64,000 nt of DNA. Origin: Candidatus Poribacteria bacterium (GTDB lineage Bacteria; Poribacteria; WGA-4E; WGA-3G). The position numbers were made by a program, and so were the translations under genes. Location: assembly GCA_965205015.1 (NCBI GenBank), contig OZ242029.1, forward strand, positions 640,001 to 704,000. Direction: 5' to 3'. Below, piece after piece: positions 38,275-47,521 of this stretch (the first letter of the stretch is position 1; every line of letters begins with the position of its first letter). Below the pieces are notes generated by a model, which saw only the letters and a program-made list of their open reading frames with translations, was not told the origin of the DNA and did not search any database.

Positions 38275-40763
38275 TCCACACTTATATGATAAGGCATGAG
38301 AAGAAATAATCGATGTTTCCTGATTGTATTTAGGAGCCTCGCGGTAGTACTCAAGCCCCCGTACTGTGTAATAAATTGCAGCCGAGACTTAGTTTCCACA
38401 TCTCTATCCTCTATGCTCAGGTTTCCTATAGACGAAACCTGTGGGGCAATGTTCCTAAAGGAATTGGGGGTTACAAACCCTTTCCACGAGACTAATGGAA
38501 GTCCGAGATTGTTGAGGAGTTGCGCCATCCATGTCTTTTTCGGAAATTCGACGATCTCAACTGATTCTCCTGCCAATCCTGCGTGCGCTCGCGCGGTTGC
38601 GATTGCGAGGCTTAAACCGCCCAATTCGTCCACAAGTCCGTTTTCCTTCGCCTGTCTGCCTGACCAGATGCGTCCTCGCCCAAGTCTATCTACATCCTCG
38701 ACTGTGAGTTCGGCTCGCCCGAGCGCAACTTTTTCAATGAAATCGTCATAAATTTCTTTAATCTGTTTCTGTACGATTGCTTTTTCAGCAAGCGAATAGT
38801 CTCCGTAATCGGTGTAAAAATCAGCGTGCTCGCCCCGTTTGAGGATCTCTTTATGGATACCGAGTTTCTCATAAAGCCCCTTGAAGCTATACTTACCCCC
38901 AACAACGCCGATAGACCCCGTAATCGTTCCGGGTTCAGCAACGATCACATCCGCGGGAGCCGCGATATAATAGCCACCGGATGCCGCCACATCTCCCATT
39001 GAGACCACGAACGGTTTAACCTCTTTAAGTTTTACCAACTCACGCCATATAGCGTCAGCAGCAACAACGAGCCCACCACCGCTGTCAATTCGCAACACAA
39101 CTGCTTTTATGGAATCGTCGTCTTTTACCCGTTTGATAATACCCGTGATTGTGTCCGCTCCCATCACCTGAGTGCCCATTAGCGGATCAACGAAACTATC
39201 GCCTGTCAACATCAATCCTTCAGCCTTAATGATGGCGACCTTCGGTTTTGGCACCTGCCACTCTTGTAAGGAGAGTCCATTTCTTAGGTATCCACTCAGT
39301 GGTACCAAATCGGTTTTGGCATCAGTGAGTTCAGTCACAACATCATGCAATTCATCTTCATAGACGAGTCTGTCCACCAGTTCAACGGCAAAGGCTTGAC
39401 GTGCTGTGTAAGGTCCGGCATCGATACGTTCTTTGACGTCTTCGTGCGTCCACCCACGTCCGTCTGCGATTGCCGCGACGAGCTGCGCATAGAGGTCATC
39501 CAAAATGATGTTTTGGATTTTTCGGTGTGCTTCGGACATCTCGCGCCGGGTGAACGCCTCGGATGCGGATTTGTATTCACCGAGATGCTCAAGATCCGCC
39601 CGAATACCGAGCATGTCTAAGGCACCTTTGTAGAAGGAGTGCTCTGTGCGTATCCCAATTAATCGGACCTCAGCAGACGGATGGATCAGGATACCGTCAC
39701 ACGCAGACGCGACAATATAGTCGCCAGTAGAACAATTAGAGAGATAGCAGAGAACAACACGTCCCGATTCCCTAAAATCCAAGATAGCATCTGCCATCTC
39801 TTGAAGCTGAGCGATACCGTACCCGCTCCCATCAATGCGGACAAGAACCCCAGCGACATCGTCATCCCATTTTGCGATAGGTAGGACCCGTTTGACGGCG
39901 CGCATCGGTAGGTCAAGGAATGTCCTACGGCGTGGCAGCGGTTTGGTTTTCGGCGCGTTGGAAAAATGAAAATAGCCGACCCCCGACCATGCTTCTCGAT
40001 TATTGTCAAAGGCATTGCCCGTTCCAAATCCCCAATTTCCGATATTTACACCGAAACGGACATCAAAACTCAAGTCGTTATTTACGGCACCACGGAGCAT
40101 GAATTCGCGAATAGGGCGGACCTCCAGCGCATAACGGAGTTCTACACCCTCAATTCCTTGCGTTTTCCGCATGTCAATTGAGAGGGTTGCGCGCCACGTC
40201 CCCGGCCGGAGTGCCATCCCTAAATCATAAGTACGTCCGAGTTTTTCTGCAAGCAATTTAGGACGATTGAGATCGCGTGCCGTTGCCCCAATTGAGAAAT
40301 AACGCCGCCGATACATTAAACCCATGGAGAGTGAACGGAACCTGTCGTATCCCTTATCGTCCGAATTCATCCAACTATAACTTGTTCCCCAATAGAGGGC
40401 ACTTCCGAGGTGGTACCCACCCGAAAACGTATAGCGCGTGAAGTCGGTATCGGCATCGGCGGTACCGAATTCTATACCGAAACCTGCGCCAGGGATAGCA
40501 AGGAAGAAAGCATCATCGCCTGCCCAATCGCTTTGATATGTTCGGAGGTAGTATAAATTCAGCCCGCGTCCCGCAGCAAGTCCGGATGGATTAAAGAAGG
40601 TGGCGAGGGCATCATCGCTCATAGCAATGGAACTTGCAGGCAAATGGGTCCGCGCCTTTGGCGGCGCGGCAACACAAAATGTGCTTATCCCACAAATGAA
40701 CACGACGGAGATAACATTCCTACCAATGCGCCCTAAATGCTCACTCAATAAAGATGAAACCAT
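38271..40763 (-). CDS. sppA: Signal peptide peptidase SppA (two S49 domains) with an N-terminal beta-barrel-like domain
   Basis: GEYKSA Lys, LRIDSGGG, VAASGGY Ser, TGSIGV, GRIWSG; N-terminal DD....FNPSGL plus beta-strands. Confidence 0.9.
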   Translation of the reverse strand: MVSSLLSEHLGRIGRNVISVVFICGISTFCVAAPPKARTHLPASSIAMSDDALATFFNPSGLAAGRGLNLYYLRTYQSDWAGDDAFFLAIPGAGFGIEFGTADADTDFTRYTFSGGYHLGSALYWGTSYSWMNSDDKGYDRFRSLSMGLMYRRRYFSIGATARDLNRPKLLAEKLGRTYDLGMALRPGTWRATLSIDMRKTQGIEGVELRYALEVRPIREFMLRGAVNNDLSFDVRFGVNIGNWGFGTGNAFDNNREAWSGVGYFHFSNAPKTKPLPRRRTFLDLPMRAVKRVLPIAKWDDDVAGVLVRIDGSGYGIAQLQEMADAILDFRESGRVVLCYLSNCSTGDYIVASACDGILIHPSAEVRLIGIRTEHSFYKGALDMLGIRADLEHLGEYKSASEAFTRREMSEAHRKIQNIILDDLYAQLVAAIADGRGWTHEDVKERIDAGPYTARQAFAVELVDRLVYEDELHDVVTELTDAKTDLVPLSGYLRNGLSLQEWQVPKPKVAIIKAEGLMLTGDSFVDPLMGTQVMGADTITGIIKRVKDDDSIKAVVLRIDSGGGLVVAADAIWRELVKLKEVKPFVVSMGDVAASGGYYIAAPADVIVAEPGTITGSIGVVGGKYSFKGLYEKLGIHKEILKRGEHADFYTDYGDYSLAEKAIVQKQIKEIYDDFIEKVALGRAELTVEDVDRLGRGRIWSGRQAKENGLVDELGGLSLAIATARAHAGLAGESVEIVEFPKKTWMAQLLNNLGLPLVSWKGFVTPNSFRNIAPQVSSIGNLSIEDRDVETKSRLQFITQYGGLSTTARLLNTIRKHRLFLLMPYHISVE

Positions 40764-40788
40764 AAATCTGTTTTTTTATTTCATTCCA

Positions 40789-40900
40789 TATCAGGACGGA
40801 TTGTTTCAAAAAAATCCTTTCAGTCTGCCTCACAGTGAGGGTTTTCAAAAAGAGCGAGAGGCCTATGGTATCCTTCTTTTAACTGACGGCTGATGGCTAC
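40789..40900. repeat. Repeat family A variant
   Basis: Shares ACGGATT.TTTCAAAAA..TCCTTTCAGT with the 38157-38274 copy; ends AACTGACGGCTGATGGCTAC. Confidence 0.65.
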
Positions 40901-40955
40901 TCCACTACTATAGAATACCACAAAAGCGTCGGGATTGCAATTGAAACACCAAAAC

Positions 40956-41771
40956 CTATAAGCGTCGGGCGTACTGCGGAAACAATTCGTCATGAATGTC
41001 GCTGCATTGCTGAAGATGGATCTGCCGCCCAGCGTCTGCAGTGTCAACCATTGTTGGGAAAAACATCCCCGCGCCCGTTTCAATTTTATATCCGCCTGCT
41101 GAATGGACGCTCAAGTACTGATGAAGCGTTTCTAAATCCGGTTCGGTCGTGCAATGTTGCGTACAATTCATGGTGAACATCCGCCGCCGGGTACCGCCGC
41201 CAAACGCTGCATGATAGGTGTCGTGGTTGAAAATCACGACATCGCCGGGTGTACTTTCCAACGCGACGCTGGTTGGAAAATCACGCGGCTGGATACCGTA
41301 CAATGCCTCTGATTGATTTGGGTCAATCTTTTCAGCTCTGACAAAGTGTGCGGGGTTTTGGCTACCCGGAATGATACGTAAGCACCCGGTATCTTTCGTC
41401 AAGGGATCAAGGTAAAACGCCACCTTACAAGCGAAGAGACGTCCCCAACTTCCATCCGGATGCCAACCGGTGTCGCCAGCGTAATAGTTTCCGTCGCCCC
41501 CAGCGTAGTTGAAGTCTTCACCGATCACACCCCCAATGAGTCCTTTAACCCGTTCATCATCGAGTAAAGTACAGAGTCGAGGGCGATGCTCAATGGGACC
41601 ACCGAACATTGTGCGACGTGTTCCATCATGATCTTTGCCACCCCCAAATTCTTGAATCGATATTTCAAATTCTTCGATAATCCATTCCATCTCGCTTGGC
41701 GAAAACATACCGGGTATTGCGAGATAACCGAAAGTATTGAAAAAATTCACTTGATGTTCTGTCAACTTCAT
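40956..41771 (-). CDS. PhyH family dioxygenase
   Basis: WHPD, GCLRIIPGS, PGDVVIF...H. Confidence 0.9.
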   Translation of the reverse strand: MKLTEHQVNFFNTFGYLAIPGMFSPSEMEWIIEEFEISIQEFGGGKDHDGTRRTMFGGPIEHRPRLCTLLDDERVKGLIGGVIGEDFNYAGGDGNYYAGDTGWHPDGSWGRLFACKVAFYLDPLTKDTGCLRIIPGSQNPAHFVRAEKIDPNQSEALYGIQPRDFPTSVALESTPGDVVIFNHDTYHAAFGGGTRRRMFTMNCTQHCTTEPDLETLHQYLSVHSAGGYKIETGAGMFFPTMVDTADAGRQIHLQQCSDIHDELFPQYARRL

Positions 41772-41807
41772 TTTTTAATTTTCCTCGCGGTTCGGTCAGG
41801 TGCGTTG
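41772..41807 (-). repeat. Repeat family B 3' fragment abutting an ATG
   Basis: CAACGCACCTGACCGAACCGCGAGGAAAATTAAAAA-ATG. Confidence 0.7.
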
Positions 41808-41813
41808 TTCATA

Positions 41814-42644
41814 TTATTCCCATCGCGCCCAGACGTTCGGTGTGACATATCCTTCGCCACTGTACGGATCTTCGCCCGCGACGGTAACAACCCCACGGTA
41901 ATTCCGTTGTCCCTTCCAACCTAACCACGAGGCTGTTGAACAGTAGTGGCTCACAAGGATCCGCCGGAAGGTATCACTTCGATTCTTTTTCGAGCGGTGC
42001 AAAAGATAGCCGTTGAAAAAGAGAACGCTACCGGCTGACATCTCAATTGGGATTTCGTCTGTGTCATCAAAGCCGGCTGCTTCATGACAACTGTCGAATT
42101 CATGGCGTTTATCGTGTGGAAAACGGTCGTAAATTACACCGGAACGGTGGCTGTTCGGCAAAACCCAGAGACACCCGTTTTCAACCGTGGCATCATCTAA
42201 TGTAATCCACGCACCGATGAGCGATCTGTCCCGTGTCGGAATCGGGTGTTCATCCTGATGCCATGGATTCCCGGTATGCCCCGGCACCTTGCCTAACATC
42301 ATTGACTGCATACATTTCACGCCACCCTCCCAAAACGGGATATGTGCCCCAACGATCACCCGGAGGACTTCACAGATTTTTGGATGTTCAATGTAACGCC
42401 GAACCAACGGACTAAAGACATGGGGTTCGCCGACACACATAATTCTATCCAAAACTTCCATTTCGCTTGTTGTCTCCGGCATGGGTGGGATCGCCTCACA
42501 CGGGTAATCTCCACGAAAAATTTTCAGCATTTCTGCTTTCAGGTCATTGCATTCTTCCTGCGTAATGATATCTGGAAGCAGTAAATATCCGTCATTGATG
42601 TATGATTTTGCCCAAAGATTGGATTGCGCTTGTACCATTCTCAA
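41814..42644 (-). CDS. PhyH family dioxygenase
   Basis: WHQD, ENGCLWVLP.SH, LHRS..NRS. Confidence 0.9.
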   Translation of the reverse strand: MRMVQAQSNLWAKSYINDGYLLLPDIITQEECNDLKAEMLKIFRGDYPCEAIPPMPETTSEMEVLDRIMCVGEPHVFSPLVRRYIEHPKICEVLRVIVGAHIPFWEGGVKCMQSMMLGKVPGHTGNPWHQDEHPIPTRDRSLIGAWITLDDATVENGCLWVLPNSHRSGVIYDRFPHDKRHEFDSCHEAAGFDDTDEIPIEMSAGSVLFFNGYLLHRSKKNRSDTFRRILVSHYCSTASWLGWKGQRNYRGVVTVAGEDPYSGEGYVTPNVWARWE

Positions 42645-42788
42645 ATCCTTTTTTTAATTATGGTCAAACTCTCATCGTTTCTCTACAGAGATTTCACCCC
42701 TACGGGGTTCAACTCTACTGAAATTCACCAACCCCTGTCCGCAACGGAATAGAGGACAGCGCGAGCGGCAATAAATTAGAACCATGGA

Positions 42789-43889
42789 TTATTCCGCTCG
42801 GATAATGCGCCACGTTTCCGCTTCATTCGCGAAAACCAACGTCAATTTGCCAGACGTCTGTTCAACCTGCCCATTCGCTTTCGGGGCATATTGCAACGTG
42901 TAGCCACCCGTTACAATCGCCGTATCATCAACGATGTTCGGATGGATGTCGATGTCGGTCAACGTCATGTCAATCTGATGATAGACTTCAAAAAAGTGGG
43001 CTGCCTTTGTTTTAACGTCTCGGTATGTGCGTCCGTTGGAGAGATAGGCTTTCGAAAAACAGGACATAACCTGCGTTAGGTTCGACATGTCGTATCCGAG
43101 TTCATACTTGTTTAGAACGCGCTGAATAATCTCTTTGATCGTTGGTTCGGTTTGAGGTTCACTCTCCTGTACCTCCGTTGCTACAGAATGCGCCATCGAT
43201 TCCGGCGGAATTCCTTGCGCAATCTGCTTGAGCGTATGTACCTCCGGGGCGGCATATCCCCAAACCTCCAATTCCATAACGCGCGCAATGCCGTCCACCT
43301 CATACACAGGTCGCCTCCCTGCCATGTGCTGGTAATTGCGTACTGTATCATTTGAAGAAACAGGAACGAGCCGTATTTTGCTCGCAATTAGGCGTTGATG
43401 GACTTCATGAACTCGCTTCCCTTTGGTATTATCTCGCGCCGTATACTGTTTATCTTTGGTATCGCCTGACGGAATAAGTCCCCAACCCGTGCCGTGCCAA
43501 TACTCAATCCGATAGTCCTTCAACCCAAATTGCGGTGCGGGATATTCCTCGGAGTCGATTGTCCACATAACGATCTTACGAATATCGACGGGTTTTGCGA
43601 GCGTCACTGACACATAAGGTCGCTTGTTTAGATCCGAGGTCCGTAGATGTTCTAAACTGCTCCCCCATCCACTGCCCTCATCCCACGTCTCGGAGTTGGT
43701 ATCACCGTCGATTATTTCCTCGGCACGATGGTTCGGAACGGATTGTGAGGCACGCGCGGTTGCTCCGTTACGGTTCAGCGCGAAATTGATAAGCGGCGGT
43801 GGCGGTTCTAAAAGATGTTCTTGCAGAGTTTGCGATTTACAACCCACTACGGAAAGTAAGAGTGTCAGACATGTACATACACGAAGCAT
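42789..43889 (-). CDS. Lipoprotein with discoidin/CBM32-like and NTF2/SnoaL-like domains
   Basis: Lipobox VVGC; NFAL...GA.A.AS...IDGD...ELEVWG; C-terminal F...Y...G and W.I motifs. Confidence 0.7.
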   Translation of the reverse strand: MLRVCTCLTLLLSVVGCKSQTLQEHLLEPPPPLINFALNRNGATARASQSVPNHRAEEIIDGDTNSETWDEGSGWGSSLEHLRTSDLNKRPYVSVTLAKPVDIRKIVMWTIDSEEYPAPQFGLKDYRIEYWHGTGWGLIPSGDTKDKQYTARDNTKGKRVHEVHQRLIASKIRLVPVSSNDTVRNYQHMAGRRPVYEVDGIARVMELEVWGYAAPEVHTLKQIAQGIPPESMAHSVATEVQESEPQTEPTIKEIIQRVLNKYELGYDMSNLTQVMSCFSKAYLSNGRTYRDVKTKAAHFFEVYHQIDMTLTDIDIHPNIVDDTAIVTGGYTLQYAPKANGQVEQTSGKLTLVFANEAETWRIIRAE

Positions 43890-43908
43890 CGTTAACCTCC
43901 TTATTGTT

Positions 43909-46539
43909 TTACCGTAACACTGCTAAACGTCCGAGTGTCTGCGCTGTCTGGTCTCCAAGGACAGCGCGTATTTTGAAAAAATAGACTCCATTGGCAAGCA
44001 ATATACCGTCAGCGTCTCGGGCATCCCACATAAATTCGTTGTAGCCTTCATTCCCAGAAGCCCCTTTCAAGACATTCACGACTCGTCCGGATGTGGCGTA
44101 AATAGTGATAGAGACTTCATCGGCATCCAACGATAATTGATAGGTAAACGTTGTTTCTTCTTTCAGAGGATTCGGATAGTTGTGAACGTCCCAAACTCGG
44201 AAAGGGGTTTCCTCCGGCGAGAAACCCTCGTCGTGTTTCTGGAGCGTTTTATAATCGAAACTCGTTAACCAAGCAACTTCCGCGTTTAAGGTACTCAGCA
44301 ACTCCGCTTCAATCGTCCGATGCGAATATCCGAAGAGCGGGATAAATTCCTCAATCCCTTTAATATGGGGTTGTATGGACTTCGAGAATTCTATCGCACT
44401 CGTGATTTTTGCCCGGATTGCTTCTTCCGTCCCCGGTTCGTAGCCGAGTGCTATTGCTTCTACCAACTTGGCTCGACTTTCAAAGAAGAGGACCCATAGT
44501 TCCATCAAGTGAACGGCATCGCGTAAATCCTCAGTCGCTTCCAGATCAAAGGGTTCTGCGATCTCACTCGCTACCCGTATCTCGTTTGCAGCCTGCTGTT
44601 GGGGTGCCAAAAGTGCGGTGAACCGGTTCACGGCGAGTTTCGCGATGTCCAGTTCCGGGATAGCCAATGTATCCTCAACAGTCCGGGGTCCAATTAACGT
44701 CCAAAATCGCGTCGCGAGTCCAGCCGACCCACTGCCGTATGTGCCGCCAACAGTCAAGGATCCAGCATAATCTGAGAAATAACTTGCCATGTTCCATCCG
44801 TTGACCCGTAAGGCGCTCAAGATGTGTGGGGCGGCTTCGGCACCGTATCGGGCGATCAATTCGTTTCGGAGGAGTTGATAATGGTCAAGGTTGACATCCC
44901 AATTGAGACTTGCACTGACAAGCCGGTCGAGGTATCCCAATCCTTGTGTTGCACCTTGAACGGTAAACCCACCGAGCCCGACGACCTCTGGGTTATTGGC
45001 AAGTTGCCGAACCCCTTGCACAAACAGATCGCTCTCCAGCATCCAGAACGGCATGAGCTCCTCTACCTCATGTGAAAGGACGATAAAGCGATGTCCGATT
45101 TCTCCGAGTGCTCTGACTTGTGGGATAGGCACCCCTGCGCTCGCGACGGGTTCACCATCTGCGCCCCATTTTCGCGAGAAAATAGTCCCTTTCGGCAACT
45201 GCTGTGCATAAACACCTGCGGCATCCTTGAGCCAACTACTGTCATACCCGGAGATATAAAATTTGAAGTCCGGACGCACCTCTCGTGCGGCGTTGATAAT
45301 CGTAAAGTAGACTTGCCAAAGTTTTGCTTGTCCCTGTTCCGTCCTATCACCGCAGTCAGGACAATCACATGCGCGTGTCTCATGTCCCCAAGAACGTAGA
45401 TGAAAACCCGCAAGTGCCGGATAGGTGCGCACGATCGCTTGTGTCAGTTCCTTCGCGAGCGTATGAAACGCCGGTTTGGACCAACAAAACGGCCGATAAG
45501 AGACTTCGTTCCGAGACGCCCCGTAAAGCACCGTCGGTCCAAGGACATCAGGCCGCTGCCGGATCAGTGCTTCCGTCGGTTCACCAGTTACGTACATGAA
45601 AAGATAAGCATCAATACCCCGTCGTTTGAGCGCATTAAACCGATTTTGTAGATCCGCGATACGTTCTCGCCGCTGTCCTATCGGCTCATCTTGCAAGGCT
45701 TCAAACGCAGGCGTATCCACATATTTAAACGCCGTTCCGAACCCATCTTCAATACCCGTGCCTGTCCATACCCCCTCGCCACCACTCATGTTGATACGGT
45801 GACGCGCAAGCCAGTCAGGATCCTCTATCTCCAACACAGCACGCACGGGGTAAAATGGTGAAGAGGTCTCGTTCATGAACGGTACGAGGAGTGCTTGCGC
45901 TTTGGCAACCGGTAACTCTGGATGGACGGGCTTCAAACCCGTTAGCGCTGTAATACAATTTTCTATGAAGGCGTACGCCCCATAAACCACGCCTCTCTCG
46001 GTGTGCGCCGTCACAACGATGACGATCTCTCTGCCGACCTCCACTGTTTTGATACGATAGCCTTCGTCTCCGAGTTCTTTTGCCAAAGTCAATTCTACGT
46101 TCGCCTGTAATCCTGCGATCGTTGGATTCGACTTTGGGGTGCCGAGTACAATCACGGTTTGCGTTTCCGTTTGTTGGCGATTGGTACGGATGTCGAGTTT
46201 GGCACCAGTGAATTGCTGGATAAAGGTTTGGATTTCAGCGGCTGCGAACTGTTCCTGTTCCGAGGCGTTCGCGCCAACCTGAAGCGTCGCCCGCGGTGTA
46301 CCGGATACTGCGATAGGAATTTGATCACCCCTCGCTGGGAGAACGAACACGACACTACAGAAGATAGCCGTCAGTAAAGAAGCCATCAGCGATCGGCGAT
46401 CAGCTATCAGCAAAGAGGAGCGTGCAGCGGTGAAAATCGTTTGCAACTGCCCTAATGATTTACTGATCACTGAAAGTTTTTTTTCGGAAGAAAAAAAACG
46501 ACCTGATTGCCGACGGCTATTCTTAGTGAAAATGTTCAC
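43909..46539 (-). CDS. Exported glycoside-hydrolase-like protein with a FlgD-Ig/T9SS-CTD-like C-terminus; start 46539 (GTG) or 46386 (ATG)
   Basis: GH20b/GH67N-like E..AA.E...EGY.I...RG..YG.Y; C-terminal NYPNP...WDARD..G..LANGVYFFKI...GRLAVLR. Confidence 0.75.
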   Translation of the reverse strand: MNIFTKNSRRQSGRFFSSEKKLSVISKSLGQLQTIFTAARSSLLIADRRSLMASLLTAIFCSVVFVLPARGDQIPIAVSGTPRATLQVGANASEQEQFAAAEIQTFIQQFTGAKLDIRTNRQQTETQTVIVLGTPKSNPTIAGLQANVELTLAKELGDEGYRIKTVEVGREIVIVVTAHTERGVVYGAYAFIENCITALTGLKPVHPELPVAKAQALLVPFMNETSSPFYPVRAVLEIEDPDWLARHRINMSGGEGVWTGTGIEDGFGTAFKYVDTPAFEALQDEPIGQRRERIADLQNRFNALKRRGIDAYLFMYVTGEPTEALIRQRPDVLGPTVLYGASRNEVSYRPFCWSKPAFHTLAKELTQAIVRTYPALAGFHLRSWGHETRACDCPDCGDRTEQGQAKLWQVYFTIINAAREVRPDFKFYISGYDSSWLKDAAGVYAQQLPKGTIFSRKWGADGEPVASAGVPIPQVRALGEIGHRFIVLSHEVEELMPFWMLESDLFVQGVRQLANNPEVVGLGGFTVQGATQGLGYLDRLVSASLNWDVNLDHYQLLRNELIARYGAEAAPHILSALRVNGWNMASYFSDYAGSLTVGGTYGSGSAGLATRFWTLIGPRTVEDTLAIPELDIAKLAVNRFTALLAPQQQAANEIRVASEIAEPFDLEATEDLRDAVHLMELWVLFFESRAKLVEAIALGYEPGTEEAIRAKITSAIEFSKSIQPHIKGIEEFIPLFGYSHRTIEAELLSTLNAEVAWLTSFDYKTLQKHDEGFSPEETPFRVWDVHNYPNPLKEETTFTYQLSLDADEVSITIYATSGRVVNVLKGASGNEGYNEFMWDARDADGILLANGVYFFKIRAVLGDQTAQTLGRLAVLR
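46364..46520. repeat. Repeat family A read in frame through the signal-peptide region
   Basis: 9-bp terminal inverted repeat ATAGCCGTC/GACGGCTAT; heptamer arms. Confidence 0.8.
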
Positions 46540-47272
46540 CCTCAAATCCCTGCAAGAAATAGATAACACAAAAGGTTAAAACGAATCCGATGACAAAAAG
46601 CACTTTGGCAAAACGACTCAGGTTTCCTGCTCTTTCGATGGTATAGTTGCCACGAAATCCATCCATTACGACGTGTAAGAGTGTGCCCACAGCGAACGCT
46701 GTCAGGTAGTCTGTCAATTCACCGAAAGCACCGCGGAGGAGCTGCTCCCCCAATGCTACTCCGATAACCGGTCCAAGTATCAGCGGTGTCAGTCGAATGA
46801 GTGCCTTAACAAAAGTTTGATTTCGGAGGAGTGCGACGGTGATAAGCGTTCCGACCGGTAGGCGATGGACCAATATGCCGAATGCGAGTGCGCCGCCGAG
46901 CATCTCCTCTCTCGCGGCGATAACCAAATTAAGTCCATCTGCCAGTGAGTGCAGCGACAGTCCAAGAACGGTTAAGTTGATGCCCCATCTCTTGTCTGTC
47001 CCGTTTGTGTGTCGCTCCGTGTCCGCGCGTTGATGTGTCGTGAGATGTTCTATTGCCGAAATTAAGAAAAACCCGCCCCACATTACAAGGATCGTGATGT
47101 AACCGACCTTGTCGTAAAGGTGCATCATCATCACCAAGACGATGCCGAGTACTGCGCCCGCTGTCAATCCAAAAATGTGTCCGAAAAGTCGTTGCTGCTC
47201 CCGCGAAATAAAAGCGATTCCTGCCCCGAGTGGAACCGTCAACACCGCAATTGCCAGATAGAATATAAGCAT
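46523..47272 (-). CDS. ZIP-like divalent metal permease
   Basis: About 8 TM helices; LHSLADG and HRLP motifs; His-containing loop. Confidence 0.7.
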   Translation of the reverse strand: MLIFYLAIAVLTVPLGAGIAFISREQQRLFGHIFGLTAGAVLGIVLVMMMHLYDKVGYITILVMWGGFFLISAIEHLTTHQRADTERHTNGTDKRWGINLTVLGLSLHSLADGLNLVIAAREEMLGGALAFGILVHRLPVGTLITVALLRNQTFVKALIRLTPLILGPVIGVALGEQLLRGAFGELTDYLTAFAVGTLLHVVMDGFRGNYTIERAGNLSRFAKVLFVIGFVLTFCVIYFLQGFEGEHFH

Positions 47273-47278
47273 AGTCTA

Positions 47279-47307
47279 AGTATAACAGACTTCGGATCGC
47301 AATGCAA
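47279..47307 (-). promoter_or_regulatory. Promoter predicting a leaderless mRNA for the ZIP-like gene
   Basis: TTGCAT-17 nt-TATACT (TG-extended), ATG 6 nt downstream. Confidence 0.55.
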
Positions 47308-47432
47308 TCGAAATTCCACGGCTCTTCGGTTTTCGGTCCTCAATTGGTTTTATGTAGTGTGTCGCGATTTGGATACTTTTTCTACATCAGAGCATCTCGA
47401 TTGCAGATTGTTGGATGAATTTATTTTTTTGC

Positions 47433-47461
47433 TTGACGTGTTTGCATATTAATGTTAAAAT
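47433..47461 (+). promoter_or_regulatory. Sigma70-type promoter
   Basis: TTGACG-17 nt-TAAAAT with TG extension. Confidence 0.55.
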
Positions 47462-47521
47462 TCTTTTCCCTTACACACGGATTAGCACGAACTAAACCCG
47501 AGTGGGTGCTATGTTTACAAT

